From a virus (Duplodnaviria > Caudoviricetes), in IMG/VR virus record IMGVR_UViG_3300048599_000711, positions 1 to 43,481 of that record: a stretch of 43,481 nt of DNA, one strand, 5' to 3'. A model generated the notes under the pieces. It worked only from the letters and a program-made list of their open reading frames with translations. It was not told the origin of the DNA and did no database searches. Shown here one piece after another: positions 42,549-43,481 of this stretch. The first letter of the stretch is position 1. Each line of letters begins with the position of its first letter. Made by a program: the position numbers and the translations under genes.

Positions 42549-43481
42549 TTACAATTTCCAATTGTCCACCGGGCTGGCGATCCGATGACCGCGCTGGAGA
42601 TCCGTGTTAGCCAGGTCCAGGTATGTGCGCACCATGTCCATGGAGGTGTGCCCCAACATCCGCTGAAGGGTGTAAGCATCCCCGCCATTCCGCAGGTAGG
42701 TAATCGCGAAGGTGTGCCGGAAGCGATGCGGATGGGTATCCTGCACGCCGGCTCTTTTACCGGCAGCCACCAGTAATTTCAGCAGCTGCCCACGGTCCAT
42801 CGCTCGCCCTTGTGATGTGACAAACAGCGGATTGTTCACCGGCTCGCTTTTTCGGGTGACCAGGTACTTAAACACTGCCTGCCCGGTCCGCGCAGAAAAC
42901 GGAATGATCCGTTCTTTGTCCCCTTTTCCGAAAGGCTTGATGTAATAATTGCGCAGATCCATATCCGCGATTTTCAGCCCGCAAATTTCGGACGCCCGCA
43001 TGCCTGTGTCCAGCAGGAGCAGAACGATTGCTTTGTTGCGGTCGGCATCCTTCAGTTTGTGGCGAGACGCTCGTTTGCCTGGCCGGCAGTAGGTCCGGGT
43101 ATAAACCAGGGCGTCCAGGATACGCTTCACGTCATCCTCTGTGAACGGAACGATGACCCGCTTCTCTGGATCCGGCGGTTCGACCTGGTGAACGATGTGC
43201 TCCGCAGCATAGTGGAACTTAACCGCCCAGGTCCACAGCGCAGCCAGACCGGTGTGGTAGTTCAAACAGGTTTTCTTGGAAACGGTTTGCGCCGCCAGGA
43301 ACCCTTCAATCTGCGTATGGGTGATTTTGGACAGGGGAAGATCTTGCTTCAGGTAATCAGCGAATTTCCGGAAGGTATTGAGGTAATCCGCCACGGTATG
43401 TTCGCTGAGATGCCTGGCTTTCAGATTCAAGGTAAAACCCGCTACCGCTTCCGAAAATGTGAGGTCAATGATCGTGTCCAT
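42549..43481 (-). CDS. Tyrosine recombinase/integrase, Xer-like
   Basis: TGMRASE (R), GKGDKER (K), HPHRFRH, LGH, VRTY catalytic motifs; 310 aa with no obvious arm-binding domain. Confidence 0.93.
   Translation of the reverse strand: MDTIIDLTFSEAVAGFTLNLKARHLSEHTVADYLNTFRKFADYLKQDLPLSKITHTQIEGFLAAQTVSKKTCLNYHTGLAALWTWAVKFHYAAEHIVHQVEPPDPEKRVIVPFTEDDVKRILDALVYTRTYCRPGKRASRHKLKDADRNKAIVLLLLDTGMRASEICGLKIADMDLRNYYIKPFGKGDKERIIPFSARTGQAVFKYLVTRKSEPVNNPLFVTSQGRAMDRGQLLKLLVAAGKRAGVQDTHPHRFRHTFAITYLRNGGDAYTLQRMLGHTSMDMVRTYLDLANTDLQRGHRIASPVDNWKL

Larger units (their letters stand above)
1..43481. mobile_element. Temperate siphovirus-like phage/prophage (window lacks repressor and att boundaries)
   Basis: Continuous replication, packaging, head, non-contractile tail, lysis and tyrosine recombinase genes; no host housekeeping genes or tail sheath seen. 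Confidence 0.95.

Overview
The whole window is one temperate, long-tailed (siphovirus-like) phage or prophage, probably from a Chloroflexota-like host (inference). Gene order on the + strand: primase-helicase, ParB, HTH and PolX genes, a variable accessory region (PAPS-reductase-like, ASCH), holin, terminases, portal, minor head protein, then head, tail and endolysin genes. A short Xer/Cre-type tyrosine recombinase converges from the right end. Two AT-rich defence insertions interrupt the head cluster: an IetAS-like AAA ATPase plus S8 protease, and an ApeA-like HEPN protein. The most striking unexplained signal is about 13 copies of a symmetric dif-like site, C(C/T/A)G(A/G)TAA-N6(7)-TTATC(G/A/C)G. 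The copies have all-different spacers, mostly sit within 0-8 nt of stop codons at module boundaries, and recur roughly every 2-4 kb. Other notable items: two single-gene cassettes with shared terminal inverted repeats and A-tract flanks; a duplicated promoter plus structured leader plus terminator after each defence insertion; a 2H-phosphoesterase (Acb1-like) domain inside the prohead protease, with a nested scaffold start and a start-stop minigene; a Hint domain in the tape measure protein; and a -1 frameshift in the tail chaperone. All family calls come from motif recognition by eye, without database searches.
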